Below the pieces are notes generated by a model. The model saw only the letters and a program-made list of their open reading frames with translations, did not search any database and was not told the DNA's origin. A program made the position numbers and the translations under genes. A stretch of DNA of 63,925 bases, counting the filler, from Lenisia limosa (lineage: Eukaryota; Protista; Breviatea), in assembly GCA_001655205.1 (NCBI GenBank). It is 16 parts of 16 records of this genome, joined end to end, with 100 filler letters (N's around TTAATTAATTAA, not from the genome) between each part and the next. Parts side by side here need not be neighbours in the genome. Positions count along the whole stretch, not along the records: positions 60,328 to 63,925 come from LPNZ01009998.1; 15 more parts are not named here. The stretch is one strand, 5' to 3'. Below, piece after piece: positions 61,681 to 63,925 of this stretch (position 1 is its first letter; every line of letters begins with the position of its first letter).

Positions 61681-63748
61681 TTAAAAATAACAACGGAGCT
61701 CAAATGTTTAAAGAATAAATGTTCTACAAAATGAGGGCTACACCACACATTTAATGGAATAAGAGAGAAAGAAGTATCCAACATTGGAATATGACAAAAG
61801 TGTAATAAATATGGCTTATAATATATGTAACATATTCCGTAGCACCACATGATATGATGATTTGGATTACATAGATATTATCAGTAGAAAACCTTGTAAG
61901 GCAGCTAAAAAGCGAACAAGATCGTATTAACCCATCCTAATCATTCAATTGTCATTTAAGCAAGTTTTAGTTTTAGTTTTATTATTAATATTTTCAATGA
62001 TATTTCACCAATATTTCACACTTTCACACAACTTTGACACTGATTTCACATGCTTGGTTCTACTCTACAGGGATAATACTATACTTCTATGTTATATACA
62101 TATACAGTACGTCAATGCTAATGTCACTAATATTGCGCTTGCATATCATCTCAAAGATATGCTTGTGAGACGGTAACAATTAAGCGGATTAGATTAACAC
62201 AAAAGTCAATCATAAATCCTCTTTGGTAGTATCTGATAAATCTCAGATGAGTGAAAAGCCACAAACAACCAAAAGTCTAGAATAAGACAGCAAAAGGTAT
62301 CCAATCATAGAATATGACAAAACTGTACAAACAACTTGTCAGACCAAGCCACAAAGTCAACCAAGCGCAACCCACGTCTGATGCCTTGATGATACATTCC
62401 ATGTTCGTGCTGCACAATGGTTTGTCCGATGAATCCGGTGTACGTTTGGATTGTTGCCATAGCGCCACCAGTATATTCGACAACCTGTTGCAGGGTGATG
62501 GTGGTAGACCATAGGAGAATATTCAAAATAGGTATCCATGTCCAATATTTGTTTCGGATGAAATATCCTCTCATGCAAAACAGAAAAGCAGTGGACAATA
62601 GCACCATCTGAAAACCGACAAACCTGGCCTTGTAAACTCTCGCCAATACACATAATGGTGGAGTCTAAAAGGTAAGTAAACAATTGGGATATGGTTTTTC
62701 ACATCCAAGTAGGTGGAATAGACGAAAGTTATCAAGTGCTTTGGTTTTATTTAAAATTTTAACAATTGATTTGTGAAAAAAAATAGGTTTTGCATTACCA
62801 AAGTCAATACCGTTGCAGTTTTCATAGTTGCAATTTGAGCAAATTGAGCGCATAAAATATCCAGATCAAAGCTTACTGCGAGCAGTGGCACACACACTGC
62901 GGTAAGTGACAGAGATCAGTTCGATTTCATGCCCCCAGGAAGATGTCAAGTCATGGAACGCCCCATCAAGTTTGTTATCAACGTTGTTAGGCTGGGGATT
63001 GGTAAAATGAACCAAAAAAAAAAAAAATGAAAAGGGAAACGCCAAACAGTAAATTGTGAATAAACACTATGACAAGTCATGGAACTGCTATGAATCGTGC
63101 CTTTATCGTCAAGAATAACATTATTCACAGAGTTTTCCTCATCAACACCAAATCATCATCACAAAATCACCTGGCCTACCATTCCAAGTCCATTGTTGAC
63201 TCCTACTCCGCAGGTATGTATTACCTTGTCCAATGCTACAATATAAACAGCAAGGGAATTAGATATATTTAAGTCAGTTGATGAAAAGAATATCGAAGCA
63301 AATCGTAACAGTCCACCTGCACTATGGTTTGCTCTCATTATGCCTTATTAAGTTTCCTGAAGGTGTAGAATACACAAAAAAGTAACATTTCAATTGATCC
63401 GATAAAAAAGTATACCAGAAAAGGTATTACTCAGAGATCTTTCCAATTATCATCTGTAGATACTCTGGTTCTAAACTGAAAAATTAATCCGGCAATAACT
63501 CCTATAATATTCCAAATTTGTTGACCCTCCCGCTGATTCATGATCCCAGCCCACCACATTGGAAATCAGAGTCCCACCCAACAGCACCGCAAGTGGCAGT
63601 TGGTGTTCCTGAAAGTAATTTAAGGTGATAAAAAAGCTTGGTGGAGAAGAGGGAGGGAGGATAAGTGGTAAATAATTGTTGATGGGGTTGAATTCCACCT
63701 TAACAAACAAAGCAAACATACCATAACCCCCATCTTCACAAATATTAT

Positions 63749-63825
63749 TAGGGCTTCCCAACGGTCCGAATCGATATTTATCGAGGATTTATCGAGAGAT
63801 TCGGTTGGATCGTAGGGTGGCCCGT
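63749..63825. mobile_element. hAT-type MITE copy (TAGGGCTTC family)
   Basis: TAGGGCTTCCC start and shared internal GAGGATTTATCGAGAGATTCGGT; flanks AATATTAT and AATAATAG (6/8 match). Confidence 0.7.
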
Positions 63826-63925
63826 AATAATAGATACATTCTTGTGAGAATTGCATACTAGATCCCAATGAGATTCTTTTGAAAAGAGAAAAGATACTCC
63901 CCTACACACAAACACATCTTTACCA

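Noticed and set aside
62305-62683. Possible reverse transcriptase or transposase remnant
   Set aside because: Only vague motif resemblance; no YxDD or DDE pattern could be supported.

Overview
This window is not one locus. It is 16 short scaffolds of a fragmented draft eukaryotic assembly, joined by an artificial 100-bp linker (44 N + TTAATTAATTAA + 44 N), so neighbourhood across linkers means nothing. The host is an intron-rich flagellated protist with the standard code and GT-AG introns, short moderately GC-rich exons and AT-rich introns; the species cannot be identified from the sequence. Recognisable gene fragments are VPS53, DHX38/PRP16, an FKBP15-like protein, CFAP57 plus a divergent CFAP57 paralogue, a SURF6-like protein, an FG-GAP-repeat protein and an RCC1-repeat exon. 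The most interesting signals are: (1) a dispersed intronic repeat that is co-oriented with its host gene wherever the gene strand can be read and that often ends at or near the 3' splice site (introner-like); (2) intron ends with G-runs after donors and C-runs before acceptors; (3) a GC-rich, intron-free scaffold encoding a D5-type SF3 helicase fused to a Pro-rich linker and a zinc-ribbon domain (virus- or Polinton-like); (4) two related YqaJ-like nuclease genes, one frameshifted and catalytically degenerate; (5) several intronic DNA-transposon derivatives, including a hAT-type MITE with 8-bp TSDs and a 1.15-kb element with perfect 36-bp TIRs. All protein assignments come from recalled family motifs, not database searches.
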